From Epithemia pelagica (taxonomy: Eukaryota; Protista; Bacillariophyta), in assembly GCA_946965045.2 (NCBI GenBank), contig OX337230.1, forward strand, positions 1,984,001 to 2,048,000: a DNA stretch of 64,000 nucleotides. Direction: 5' to 3'. Shown piece after piece: positions 33,626 to 46,153 of this stretch; within the stretch, counting starts at the first letter, position 1, and each line of letters begins with the position of its first letter. The notes under the pieces were generated by a model. The model had not been told where the DNA came from. It was given only the letters and a program-made list of their open reading frames with translations, and ran no database searches. A program made the position numbers and the translations under genes.

Positions 33626-33789
33626 TGAATGAAGCGCTCCTTTGCGATCTAATACATGGTCGGTTTATGCAACAAAATACGAAAACAAAGACAGCCCCAC
33701 TAATTTCTCTCATGTCCAAAGAGCGAGGTGGGGCTTCAACTCAACGATCCATTTCCGCATATGGGTCGCTGAAAAACGAAAAAGCAAGC

Positions 33790-36700
33790 CTTGTGTATCA
33801 CTCGCCTTGATGTACCAGCTGAAGACAACGACCAAGACTACGCCGCGTGTACTGAATGGATAACTATCGATACTCCTTCAGAGATCGAGACAAAGCTTCT
33901 TCAACGCAATCAACGACATTTTGGACAGGCGCAGAACACTTACCCAGCAATTCCACCTTTCTCTGAGTGGGTAGATTGGGGAGCATCCAGTCACACTTCG
34001 GAACTGATCTTAGTGGGCTCATGGGCACCACCAGAAATCGACGAGCTTTTGCAATCGATGATAAATCATATGAAATCACGCGTCAATCTTGACAGCGTGC
34101 CAGGAGGTCTTACAAAAGAGGAATGGATTGGTAAGATTAAGGCATGGCCCGAATCCACTACCACGTCCCCCTCCGGCTTTCATCTCGGGCACAGTAAAGT
34201 CCTGTTAGCTCCGACTGATCTAGAACCACAATCAACCAAATTCAAAGCTCTAGAGGATAAGAGAGCTGATTTGATTGACTGGCAAGTGGGACTGTTAAAT
34301 GTTGCCTTGGAAAATGGTTATTGCTACGAACGCTGGAAACACATCGTAAATGTTCTGATTCTAAAAGAACCGGGGAACTTGAAAATACACCGGTTGAGAG
34401 TCATACATCTATACGAGCAAGACTACAATCTAGTCTTGGCTACCAAGTGGAGAAAGATGATTTCGAACTGCTCCAATCAGCAAGTCCTAAATCCGTCACA
34501 GTTTGGTGGGGTACCCGGCAAAGATGCTGTGATCCCTACATTCATCGAAGAAATGCAATATGAGATTTCAAGGGCAAGCAAACGACCTTTAGTCCATATG
34601 GACTACGATGCAATGGCATGTTACGACCGTATAGTGATGAACTTCGGGAGTCTCGCATCTCAAGCATTTGGACAACACCGTTCTATCACTTTCATCAGCG
34701 CTCGGAATTTGGCCGAAGCGAAATATTACCTGAAAACAAAATTGGGCGTTTCGTAAAGGTTTTACAAGCATTGTCAGATTTTTCTAATCTACGGCTCGGG
34801 CCAAGGAGCAGGAAACTCACCAGCCATCTGGTGTGTGATCAGCTGTGTGCTTTTCGATGTCTACGAGGAAAAGGCGTATGGGGCAACATTCGAATCTCCT
34901 TGCAGAAAATTCAAGACTCAACTCTACATGATAGGGTTTGTCAACGATACGAGTGGAAGCACAAATGATTTTGCTCTACCTACTCAAGCTCCATTGGATA
35001 CCTATATTTCCAAGGCTACACATGATGCTCAACGTTGGAACGATACGCTTAGTCTCTCTGGAGGTGCCCTCAACCTTGAGAAATGCACATATCATTTTAT
35101 GCATTACACGTTCAGTATTGATGGTCTACCCAATTTACAACATGGCCAGAGCGGACCTGATGCTACGATTCACCTGCACAGAACGGACCAACCTCAGAAA
35201 CTTAGACAACTCTCCTCCTACGCATGCCACAAAACTCTTAGTGTTCAAAAGTCACCCAAATGCACGGATTCCGAACTCTACGCAGCGCTAGAAAAGAAAA
35301 ACAAAGCTCATATTCGGACAATGGCCAACAGTCCATTCACCCGCACTGATTCTTGGGCGTATTACCATTCAATCTACTTACCAAGTATGACATACCCCTT
35401 CCCGTCTTCAACCTTGTCTGATTCGAACTGTCAATCCTTACAACGTCCTTTCAATCAAGCCTTCTTACCAAGATACGGGTTTAATCGCAATACTCCCAAT
35501 GCAGTTGTATATGGTCCTACTGAATATGGCGGCCTTGCATTACGAGACCTATCAGTCGAAAAGAGCATCAGTCAAATCTATCTCTTCCTTGCATGTGTGA
35601 GATCCCAAGGAGTCGCTTCAGAACTAGCTTTGATTGCAGTGTCGTGGGGACAGTTCTTGGCAGGGATTAGCAAGCCTATTCTACAGCACGTGGATATACG
35701 CTTACCTCATATGGAACCAATGGTCTGGGTCCCTCAAGTACGATCCTTTTTGGCGTCTATCAAGTGTACCGTCGAGTTGGCAACAACCTTTGTTCCTCCC
35801 CTGCAGCGTCAAGGTGACAGTTTCCTTATGGACCACGCCATCTCACTGGACTTCAACGATACTGAGTTATGTTTGGTCAATGCATGCAGACTCTACTTGG
35901 GCGTCACTCTCATGAGTGACATTGTGACTGTCGATGGAAAATACCTGTCCTTGTTCGCGATCGACTGTTCTCGGGACACGCACTCTAGAGCAAAAGGCTT
36001 ATTGCCCTATCAAACTAATCCGAGCCGCAAAGCGTGGACGATATGGAAAAGACTTTTGCTGAGCTTCACTGTTTCGGGATCTTTGAAACGTCTCCACCGA
36101 CCGCTTGGAGCATGGCTGGTCACAGGTCTTGATACTTACTGCCAGTGGAATGAATACCTGGATCCAACAAACTACTCCCTCTATGTCCAGATTGATGCTC
36201 AGTTTGAGCGTTTCGTATACCAACGTCCTTACTTTGTCACCACCGCATCGCTCGTCAACATGCTTCCTTCGACCTGTCTTCCTGCTCAAAGCGTGCATCA
36301 GAATGGGCGACGTACTCTTCTCCCAGTGTCACCAGCAACCATTACACCCCCAGAAGCGCCTGCAATCGACTTGTCTAGCCATATTTCGAAATTGGAGGAT
36401 TGGGAATCACAGCTTCTTCGCGGGTTTGACATCATTTGCTCACTCAATACCTTACAGCACGAACTGTTCCAAACCAATTTGCAACTTCTCCTGTGTAGCG
36501 ACGGCTCTGCGGCCCAATTCCGGGGCACATTCGGCTGTGTTGGATGTACACTTCAAGGTCTTCGTCTCTTTCGTCTAAATGGTCCTGCTCCTGGCTATAG
36601 GACTTCATCTTTTCGGTCCGAAAGTTATGGCTGCCTCAGCATACTTCGATTCTTATTTCGCCTGTTTGAATTTTACTCCCAATCTTTACCAGATTCGGTC

Positions 36701-37950
36701 ACAGTGTACACAGACTCCAAGAGTCTGGTTCAAACTATCAACAAACGTCTCGAGTGGTCCTATGACTTCACGTACTCAACAATGAACACAGACTGGGACA
36801 TCCAACAGTCTATTTCTTCTACAGTAAGACAATTCCCACAAGTCCCGTCTTTTCGTCATGTGAAAGGCCATCAAGATAATAATGTCGCTCCCTCCACTCT
36901 GTCCCTACCAGCCCAATTGAATGTTGAAGCCGACAATTTAGCATCGTCGTACGTTTATCCACCTTCAATCTCCTCGCGGATAGCTCCTCTTATTGGGGGA
37001 GCAACTGCTATTCTTCATGGTCCCTTTGGCACGATAAATTCAAATTACCGATCCATTCTCCGTACGTTAGCCTCAGCACCAACCTTGCGCAATTACCTAC
37101 TCAACAAGCACGATTGGAGTTCTGATGTGTTCAATTCCATCGATTGGGAGTCACACGGTATTGCAGTTCGCTCTAATTTCTCCAGGCGTCATTTTGTGGT
37201 TAAATTTCTTCACCAATGGCTTCCCCTGGGTCATCTGAAAGCACGTTATGCCACCTACTACAGCGACGAATGCCCCTCGTGTCCACAACCTACACACGAA
37301 GACCATGACCATTTCCTTCGATGTCCCAACAGGTCTTGGCTTGGCTCATTACTTGATGATCTTCGAGAATTTTGGCACGATCATCACGTTCACCCGTCCC
37401 TCTGCACTCTCCTCACCGAGTATCTCCACTCCTGGTTCTCTTCCACTCAGCCATCTCCCCTACCCACAACATCTCCTTACTTCGCCCTTCAACGCACTCA
37501 ACTCAACATTGGCCTAGATTAACTAATTCTCGGCAGTTTTGCACTCCTATGGTCCGCACTACAAGACACCTACGCCACAACAACTACTACCGAATCAGCA
37601 ATTTCTGGACTCTCCATGGCTCTACATCTCCTTCCCGTGAAGCCGCAGCCTATGCACAGGCCCAACGCGAAGTTGCTGCATTATATTCTATCCGCCACAC
37701 CGTTCTACCCCGTGATCAATCACTTTTCTACGATTCCCTTGATACTCACTTCTCCATCGATACGACTTCTGTTGCTCTCCGTTCCTGGCTCAATACTTGG
37801 AGACCTGTCATCTTGCACTCTGCCAACCACACCTAACTTGCTACATGTTTCGCTCTACAGTTAGTCCTCGCCTTCGTTAGCTCGGAGGCCCGGCGCGTCG
37901 GTCGGCGTTATCCTAGCCGATACGTGCGGCAGTGTTAAAATAGACTGTAC
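33790..37950 (+). mobile_element. 5'-truncated, decayed non-LTR retrotransposon (RT + RNase H + CCHC; resembles diatom Ambal-type elements)
   Basis: RT motifs KEPGNLKIHRLRVIHLYEQDYNL, DAMACYDRI, GQGAGNSPAIW, GFVNDT. RNase H motifs CSDGSA, SFRSESYG, YTDSKS, HVKGHQD, NVEADNLA. Zn knuckle CPSC...EDHDHFLRC. In-frame stops at 34754 and 37520, then a frameshift; no endonuclease domain remains. Confidence 0.9.
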
Positions 37951-38102
37951 CTTTTTTTTTTTTGCGGTAGTTGGAGTAGCTTTTAGGAGTATAGTAGGAG
38001 TAGCTATAGTGTGTGCACAGGGCAGCATGGCCATGAGAAAACCTCACACAAACACTCAAAATAAACAACAAAAACCGAAGGAATCACCTGAGAGTGGGAG
38101 GC

Positions 38103-39850
38103 ATGCCAAGCACAAGGAATTTCGCGAAGGCGATTTTGTTAAGCCTCGTGGTATTCATGTCAAACAAGGAATGTTCCTCTTTCAGCTCCGTCTCTCAGTT
38201 TTCTAGCTCGACTCGTCGTCACAATCAATACGTTGGGTTTGATTTGGGAACTTCAGGGGTTCGGATATCCGTCGTGGAAGCGACAGACTCTTCGTCGTCG
38301 TCGTTGGTAAAAGAGGTTCATAGTCATGCAATATCGTGGAAAGAAAATGCAAATGACGATGCCAACATTTGGTTTGAATCTGTAGAGTACCTTTTGGAAC
38401 ATGCCAAACAAGCACTAACGACACTGGAAAATGTCCAGTCCATTTGCGTTTCGGGAACCTCCTCGAGCTGTGTTCTCATTAACGGCAAGAATGTTGGAAA
38501 ACCCAGTCGCTCCCCATCACGCATGTACAACTACAATGTGATATCTACCGTCACTGAACAAGGAGGAGATCCAATCCATGGAGTCCGAGCGTAAGTGGAA
38601 ATTTGACTCTAGTGCCATCCAGTTCTCTTCTTTAATGGGGACGACGGACTATGTAAATATTGACGCTGCTCTTCTCAAGAAGCGTTGTTGTCCACACCCA
38701 AATCTGCAGGTTGGAACAAATTGCCAAATTTGCGCCCGAGCAGCACACAGCCACCAGTGCGACCGGGACGTTGGCCAAACTATTGGCCTGGCATGACGAA
38801 AAACCTCTTGTCAAAGGTGAACGTTTGTGCCATCAAAGTGACTATATATCACTCCGTCTCATGTCCAATGATAAAGTCTGTGGCTCCCAACGCAATGAAC
38901 GATTCGTCTCGAGCGACTGGCACAATTGTTTAAAGTTGGGATACAATGTACGCACCTTGGAATGGCCACCATGGCTTCTGGATTGTTTAGAATCCGTAGG
39001 CCTTGACGCAACAAGTGTTTTGCCAGTCAAGGTGGTGTCTCCCGGAGAACCAATGGGAACGATAAGTAAGGATGTGGCACGTCGTTTGGGATTGCAAGAA
39101 AGCACAATCATTGTTGGTGGTACGACCGATTCCAATGCCGCCTTCTTGGCCGCAACGGCAGCCTCTGCCAATGTAGCAGTAACACCAGGAACGGCGGTGG
39201 TATCCTTGGGCTCAACACTGGCCATCAAACAAATTTCGGAAACCTATGTCGAAAACGCGGATCATGGTGTATATAGCCACCGGTTTCCATCCACCCTGTC
39301 GAGTGATAGTGTGGAAGACGCATGGTGGTTGGTCGGAGGAGCAAGCAATGTGGGCTGTGCCATATTGCGTCAAGAACACTTTACCGTAGAAGAACTCCAA
39401 GAACTGAGTGAGCAAATTGATCCAACGGAGGAGAGTCCTCTCTCCTACTATCCATTGACGCGCAAAGGGGAACGATTTCCCATTGCCGATGGGACCATGG
39501 AACCTTGTTTGGAGCCCAAACCAGCCAGCCGGCGAGATTATTTGCACGGCATTCTCCAAGGCATTAGCACGGTGGAAAAGGATGGATTTGCATTGTTGGC
39601 AACGCTAGGTGCAACCCCAAAGGTACCGAACATGATTTGGACTTGCGGTGGCGGTGCTCAAAACGATATGTGGACTCAAATGCGTCAACGGAGATTGCGA
39701 GAGGGTCTGTTAGCTATCAATGAGAATGCAATGGGGCAAACCGATCCTGTACCCCCAACTTCTGCTATTACTGTCGCCAAGGCCACCAATGTCGAAGCCA
39801 GCTTTGGTGCGGCAATCATGGCAGCGGCTCATTCGCTCCAGAAAAGATGA
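38103..39850 (+). CDS. FGGY carbohydrate kinase (D-ribulose/xylulose kinase-like), plastid presequence
   Basis: YVGFDLGTSGVR, CVSGTSSS, LCHQSDYI, SDWHNCLKLGY, GGTTDSNAAFLA, SLGSTLA, GGASNVGC, YYPL..KGERFP. Intron 38591-38709; presequence ends ECSS|F. Confidence 0.9.
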
Positions 39851-40031
39851 AACACAAGAATGGTCGTAACAACATGTTTTGTCTATTATTCGTGTTTTAT
39901 TGCATTTTATTCGATAATCTTGCTCCTGTTGGTAACTTTGACAGAACCTCCAAAAAACATTTTGTGTGTGTGTGCAAATCTGTAGAGGCACAATGTAGCC
40001 AAAAGTAGCGATGCATGCTTTCTGGAGGCTC

Positions 40032-41394
40032 CTATTTTGGTCCAAAGGATTCCGAATGGAGTTGAACAACGGCCTTGCGCCATTCTTTCCGGGCCTCCGC
40101 GTCGCGGTACAAGCCCAAGGCCGAACAAACTTTCTCACGGGCACTGGGTAAGAAAAAATCATTGCCGACTGGAAGTAAGGACAGATCTGCTCCGTTTGTT
40201 GCGTATGAAACGAGTCGTTGGTATCCATGGGCCGTTATCCATGGCACGAATTGGTCTGAACTCAAGGTGCAATGCGGCTCCACAACCCGTGCCGGTTGTG
40301 ATGGGTCATGTGGTAGATCGACCACGGTACAAAACTGTGAAGGTTGATAGCTCAAATCTACGCTCGCGGCATTGACATAGAGTGTGTGTCCATCGTATGT
40401 ACAGCCATAGTCTTCATGAATGTGGCCAAATACATGCAATCGAGGTTTAACGCGATCTTGTACTTCTCGCAATAAATCATAGCATCCCACACGTCCATTG
40501 TGGAATGTCATATCTCCTCGCCCCAAAGGAGGCCCGTGTGTTATCAACACATCCGTAGAGGATGGAATTTTGGCCCATATTCTGTGAGTTGGGTCACCTC
40601 GATCCTGCCCAAATGCCCATAATCCAAAGGTTGGTGACCAAGGACTCCCATACACCTCCAAATTTCCCTTGGTGGTTCGAAACGAAGAATCTTGCAGGTA
40701 CGTGCAGTCCTTTAGCGATTGTTGTATTTCAACCTCGTCAAAGGGCTTTTGCGTTTTGTTTCGGAATGGAAAGTGTTTCCAATTTTGAAGGTAAAAATCG
40801 GTGTGAAATGTAATGTCATGATTGCCGGCAATGCATATCACATCTTGAAAGGTGCTCCGAGACTCTCGAAAATATCTATTCAGATCCTCGATCGTTCCCT
40901 TTTCGCCCATTTTAGTCATGTCTTGAAACGTGATTTTGTTGGAACAACAGCCAACAACAAATTGAAGAAAGACACACATGTGAGTGACCTGTAAACAAGG
41001 AAACTCTTTAGCTTTCATCACTTCGAGCGCTGTACGCTTGATTTCGTATCTTACCTCCAGCATGGATGAGGACATCCCCAGGAGGAGGACAAATGTCACG
41101 ATGTCGTCCATGAGTATCACTCATAAGGACAAACCGTGTACATGCCTCCTTCTGATGGTCGTTCTCGAAGGCCGATTTCTCCAGAGGTTCCAAAAACACT
41201 TGGCAAGGAGCAATAACTTTCCACCTTCCATTTGTATCGTCAGGATCAACGAATTTATCTTGTGGTAACGGACTGGAACAGTCCGTCCTTTCGTCATCGA
41301 TCTCCATCTGGTTTTGTTCTCCTCCGTCATTGGCCGAAGGCTTTCTTTGTGGTTCAGTCATCGACGCCTTTGTATGAAATGGAAATGATGACAT
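40032..41394 (-). CDS. Metallophosphoesterase (MPPED1/2-like)
   Basis: SDTHG, LIHAG|DMT (intron 41054-40922), IAGNHD, YGSPW, DVLITHGPP, HVFGHIHE. Confidence 0.9.
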
Positions 41395-41727
41395 TCTGGT
41401 TTACTGAAAAAGTGTGAGTCCTAGATGCAGGACGTGCTGATGCTCAAGAATATTATATGAACGGGATAATGCGGTCGAGATGTCATTGATGAGAGAATGA
41501 GACGTGCCAAATGCCAAGATAAATGATGAATACACGATTTGCCATGCATGACTGGACAAAATGGCACAGCGCGACCGCGAGATTGCGAGAGATCTGGAGT
41601 TTTCCCAGTCGCTCGCGCGCGCCTCGCCTCAAACGTGCATGTCAAAACGGATGAGAAGCAGAACACTTTTTCTTGTGTGTCAAGTGTCAACATCAAAATC
41701 CTGACAAACATTCGTATCTTCACAGCC

Positions 41728-42957
41728 ATGAAAAAGCTTCCGTTTCTTTCCACGATCTTGCCTTGGATTACGATTCATGTCCTTGGCAGTCTGAAGCCAT
41801 CGGCTTCACTGTTGGTGAAGACAAGGCTAACGACTGCGCTTGGATGGCATCTATCTCCTTCAAGAAAATGGTTTGCCCTGATGAAAGCTTCTCCACCTGC
41901 AGGGATTCTGATTGATGATGATATCGTGAATATGTCCAGAAAGGATGACATGGTGATGTCGGGTTCTGAATCTCATGCCGTCCTCAATGATATCGGAATG
42001 AACGACAAGAACCATCTATTAACCGTCGATAAAATCTCCAGGAAGGCTGAATCCTCCAATGGCATTCTCTGCGTAATTCCGAGAGCAAGAATGCCAAACA
42101 TCAACAACAGTCCGCAGTACTGTGCCAGTTACTTGGAGCAGACAGAAAATCTGTGGAACCCATTCCCGGGTGCACAGCCAGCCGATACCACAGTACACGG
42201 GTACTCGCTTCGCACATGGTCGTTGGTTCCGAACGGCCCTCTCCAGCACTCTTTCCACAAAGTGGAACGCGTTCAGCTAGTCCTCAAAACTAGGGGTCGT
42301 CCACTGAAAGCCAACATTGAAGTTTGGCAAGGACCCGACAAGACTCCGCAAAAGATGACTTTGTACATTGAAAATGGATCTGAACGACCTTTCATCACAG
42401 TGATTGAAACGACTCCAAAGGGCGACCATGCGATTGCCGTTCAAAATACCGCTACTATGGAATTTCCTCTTTCTGCGACTCTTGAAGCAGAGATGCAGGG
42501 ACAGACACGACAAGGCCCACACTGTGACCTTAATCTCCTTGGTGATGAGGCTCCCCGTCGAAACACTCTCCTTGGCCTATCGGAATACTTGTACACCCGA
42601 GTCTCTCCCACTTTTCTTCAAGGACGAGGATCGGTGTACACGTATTCTTCCGGTGCCTTGGTGGAATGTGTACATCTACTCATGTGCACAGATGGGCGTC
42701 CAATGCACGCCACCATAGAGCTATTGCAGGGCCCCAACAATATCAAACAGAAAATGCAAGTTCACCACGAAGATGGAGCGGATCGGCCACTGTTTCTTAT
42801 TATTCAAACCCCAGGAAATGGAAGCGTACTACGCGTCGTCAACACTGCTGCCATGGAGTACCCCTTGAAGGTGTATGTCGAGCCGCTCTACCGTGTGACT
42901 GGCGAAGCCTTGATGACAAAGGGGGCTAACACAGAGGAGCTCTTCTACATAAGCTGA
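41728..42957 (+). CDS. Pyrenoid-shell (PyShell/Shell) family-like protein, two tandem repeats, plastid presequence
   Basis: Repeat 1: SLRTWS..ERVQLVLKTRGRPLKANIEVWQGPDKTPQK..ENGSERPF..NTATMEFPL. Repeat 2: TDGRPMHATIELLQGPNNIKQ..EDGADRPLF..TPGNGSVLRVVNTAAMEYPL. This matches the diatom PyShell pattern from memory. Confidence 0.75.
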   Translation: MKKLPFLSTILPWITIHVLGSLKPSASLLVKTRLTTALGWHLSPSRKWFALMKASPPAGILIDDDIVNMSRKDDMVMSGSESHAVLNDIGMNDKNHLLTVDKISRKAESSNGILCVIPRARMPNINNSPQYCASYLEQTENLWNPFPGAQPADTTVHGYSLRTWSLVPNGPLQHSFHKVERVQLVLKTRGRPLKANIEVWQGPDKTPQKMTLYIENGSERPFITVIETTPKGDHAIAVQNTATMEFPLSATLEAEMQGQTRQGPHCDLNLLGDEAPRRNTLLGLSEYLYTRVSPTFLQGRGSVYTYSSGALVECVHLLMCTDGRPMHATIELLQGPNNIKQKMQVHHEDGADRPLFLIIQTPGNGSVLRVVNTAAMEYPLKVYVEPLYRVTGEALMTKGANTEELFYIS

Positions 42958-43511
42958 GATTATGTAACCGATATGGTATCGCAGTTGTTAACTGGGTAGG
43001 AGGAAAGATGGCAAGATCTGTTTGCGTTTGAAATCGTACATTGCTTTGGAAATTAAAAGATCAAGGACAGGGAAAATGGATCAACCTCAGGACACATGTC
43101 TCTCAACTACTCTGGGGACCACTCCGCAAATCGATCTCATCACTGGCTTTCCATGGTTCCGCCTCTCTAGACGAAGGTTCGGGAATTTGCAGATCCTTCG
43201 GTTAATCCTTGAACGCGTCACAGTCGGACTGCTTCACCTTCACCCGATAATCGTTGCACTGACGATATATTTCAAAACAACCCCGGCTCCTTTTCGAGGG
43301 GCCCAACGTCTATATTCGGGCATTTCCTCTTAAAGGAGACGGGTTCCTGAAAATTAAGCATCTAGCTATTTCGTAGCCATGCCTTCGAAATAATGAGAAT
43401 GCGTTGTTGACGAACTTTCCGGAAAATTCTATACACAGTCAACTCGAGTCTATCGCTTGACATGAACCACATTGTGTCCACGCAGAGATTCACTTTCTTC
43501 GCCTCACATCC

Positions 43512-44804
43512 TCATATAATATATATTTGTCCATCGCTTCTCATTATCCGGTTTTCTTGGCAAAGGTGGCCAAGTAGTTGCTGGACTTCCGAATCCGCAA
43601 AATGCTGGGAATCTTCCGCAAAATGATTGATTTCGACAACGAGATTTTCCTCATCCAAACAATCTCCACCGCTCTGTTCAAGGAGTTCATGTAAGCATCG
43701 AAAAAACTCAGCTCCATGCGAGGAATCCACTTCAGCTTCATCAGGGGCGCGATTATCTTCCTCTTTACTCTCTTCTTGAGCAGAGGGAATGTTCCCTTTG
43801 TCACAAACGTTTTCAATGAACCTCGATGCAGATTTCATTGCCTTAAGGTGTTCAGATTCGAGAATGGCGTTTGGAACAAATGGGTGATCTGGTTGATCTC
43901 TCAACGGATGCGAAACTTTTTCTGTATTTTCCGACTCTTTCTTTTGGCACTCATTAACTGAAATTTTGGCATCGCATTCTTTTAGACGATTGGATTGTGA
44001 AGTTGGCATATCTTCAGGTGCAGGGTCTTCGGGTGACTCCTTGTCGCAAATGCTCACGGATGACAGATTCTGAATAGCTGGCGAACGGGCCAATTGAGCA
44101 AGAGAGCAAGATTCTTGGGTGCTTCCCTCCTCATCTGCCATGTTATCTTCTTTTCGCTTCAGAGAGGGAGAGAAAATACTAGATCTGACGCCTTTCCGTT
44201 CTGTCTCTGAAAGCATATAAGCTTTGTTCCGTCGAGCAATTCTGCCCACAGGACTTCCCAGCGAAGACATCGGGGACTGTGACGAGCCAGCATTTCTCAA
44301 AACAACGGTCTTTGGAACATCGGGAGTCGTGACTGCAGCTATCCTCGACGAGTCTTTTCGCTCTGACTTGTGCTTTTTTGTCATCGGTTTCTGCTTTGGA
44401 TTTTTGTCTTGTATTGGTTTGTCTGTTGGTTGTCCTTTGCGATTGAAGTCGAGTAATTGACGCTTCACCTTTGAAGCCTTTGAAACAAAATTTTTGCATA
44501 GAGCGCCTGGTCGTGATCGCTGACTTGTAGATTTGCTTGCAGTATTTATAGTGTTTTCATTGTTCTCAGGATTGCTTAGTGGCCGTTTTTTCCCTTTGGA
44601 AGGACTATCCTGCTGCTTGTCGTCATTGGAGGGTTGTGGAGGTGCTGTTCGCTGTGTTCGTCTTCTCCTTCGACCGGACTGCTTGTCAGCATCGATGTCT
44701 GGAGTGGCCTGAACGTAGTGTACGTCCACGTCCTTATCACATCCACCCAAGACATACCGGACGTCCACTTTGCGAACTTGACTTGTTGTTCTGTCCACGT
44801 GCAA
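43512..44804 (-). CDS. Unknown protein: short beta/Tudor-like N-terminus, disordered middle, MCM-type winged-helix-like C-terminus; true start uncertain
   Basis: N-terminal (INRPGG)..VDVRYVLGG; C-terminal FADSEVQQLLGHLCQENRIMRSDGQIYII. There is no ATG at the ORF start, so an upstream exon is likely. Confidence 0.55.
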   Translation of the reverse strand: MHVDRTTSQVRKVDVRYVLGGCDKDVDVHYVQATPDIDADKQSGRRRRRTQRTAPPQPSNDDKQQDSPSKGKKRPLSNPENNENTINTASKSTSQRSRPGALCKNFVSKASKVKRQLLDFNRKGQPTDKPIQDKNPKQKPMTKKHKSERKDSSRIAAVTTPDVPKTVVLRNAGSSQSPMSSLGSPVGRIARRNKAYMLSETERKGVRSSIFSPSLKRKEDNMADEEGSTQESCSLAQLARSPAIQNLSSVSICDKESPEDPAPEDMPTSQSNRLKECDAKISVNECQKKESENTEKVSHPLRDQPDHPFVPNAILESEHLKAMKSASRFIENVCDKGNIPSAQEESKEEDNRAPDEAEVDSSHGAEFFRCLHELLEQSGGDCLDEENLVVEINHFAEDSQHFADSEVQQLLGHLCQENRIMRSDGQIYII

Positions 44805-46153
44805 GCTCGTTACCCACCCTTGTCCACCAGGACGGTTGATACTAGATAATTTGCGGGATCAACGGCAGCGTTTAGAATGAAAACAGGTCACCCCGGTGAT
44901 TGGTTTGTAATTGACATGAGGAACAGACTGAGACGGAGAGATGCTACATCAAGAAACAACAAGTCACGTACCCAGCCCACGTCCGTGGTTGGACATTCAC
45001 AACCTGGCCGACTTCAAACATAATATTTCCCACCATCTCTGAAGACATTCCACTGTTGACAAGGGTTGTGAAGAGCAATAGGCACGATATTCTCTAGATG
45101 GAACAAATCAGCAATCCTCGAACACCTGCGTAGGAGATGATTGTGACGCGTTGCTACCTAGGCGCCAACGCACTGATATAAGAAGAAGAAGATCTGCGAA
45201 CGTAACTCAAGAGACTTGCATGGGAAAGGCTTGACAATGGAATAGAAATAATTGCAACATCGGCTATTGCCACATGCCACCACAACCCACAAAACCGTAA
45301 TGATGGCATTGAGAGAGTTGAGAGCGAGATGCTGTTGGTTTTCCGAGAAAGCGTGACACGCTCGAGTTATTTACAAAGAATAGCCCCGAAAAATGTTTTA
45401 CTAAACCCTTCAACCGTAACGGTCCTCCGGCGAGATCCATAACCCGGCGCGGTCTTCATCATTCACCCATCCAAGATCCCAGTCCCGGACTCCAGCCTTT
45501 TGTATCACGAACACCAGCATACTTACAGATACAGATCGGGAGTGATCCGCGCCGGCCACCATACGCCCTGCCAACTCTCCTTTCCTCTTCACTATTTGCA
45601 CCTACTTCTTCGATTCGTGCGACACATGTATCCTACAATCCGAACGTATAGTACGACTTCCGTTGACGCGGAGAAGTATTTATTATTTGTGGCATTTTTT
45701 GGCAAAACACAGCTTTGAAATGGTCCGGGTTTGCTGTTTGCTCGGTTGTTCCTTTGGAGTTTGTGCTATCATCTGGGACGGACGGACTGACTGACACTGA
45801 GGGTTTTGGGTGTTTTTGTCGGTGTGCTTCGCGCTGCTTGCTTGCGGTCTCTTTGTGCAAGACAGCGTTGTTGTGTGCATCTTTGGCGATGACTAGAGCA
45901 ACAAAGCGCTCCATGAAATCATTCCGTTCATCATCATACACGTCGTATCCGATCATTTGCATTAGATCACAGTCTATCATATCTGAGAAAATTGCCGTCA
46001 GCCAACAACCTGCGGTGACTGTTTTCAAATAACATCCAGAAACCTCTGACAACAATTCGCACCTCCCATTTCCCAGAGGTTCGGTTCACATAAACAGTGC
46101 ACTTGCCTCTTTGCGTTGGCTAATTTGGATTCTTAATATTCACTCCCAAAAGT

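Noticed and set aside
43022-43333. 103-aa ORF in a convergent intergenic region
   Set aside because: No ATG at the start, no motifs, no support on either strand.
45410-46055. Short minus-strand ORFs upstream of SRPK
   Set aside because: No recognisable domain and no confident splice model; a small gene cannot be excluded without RNA data.
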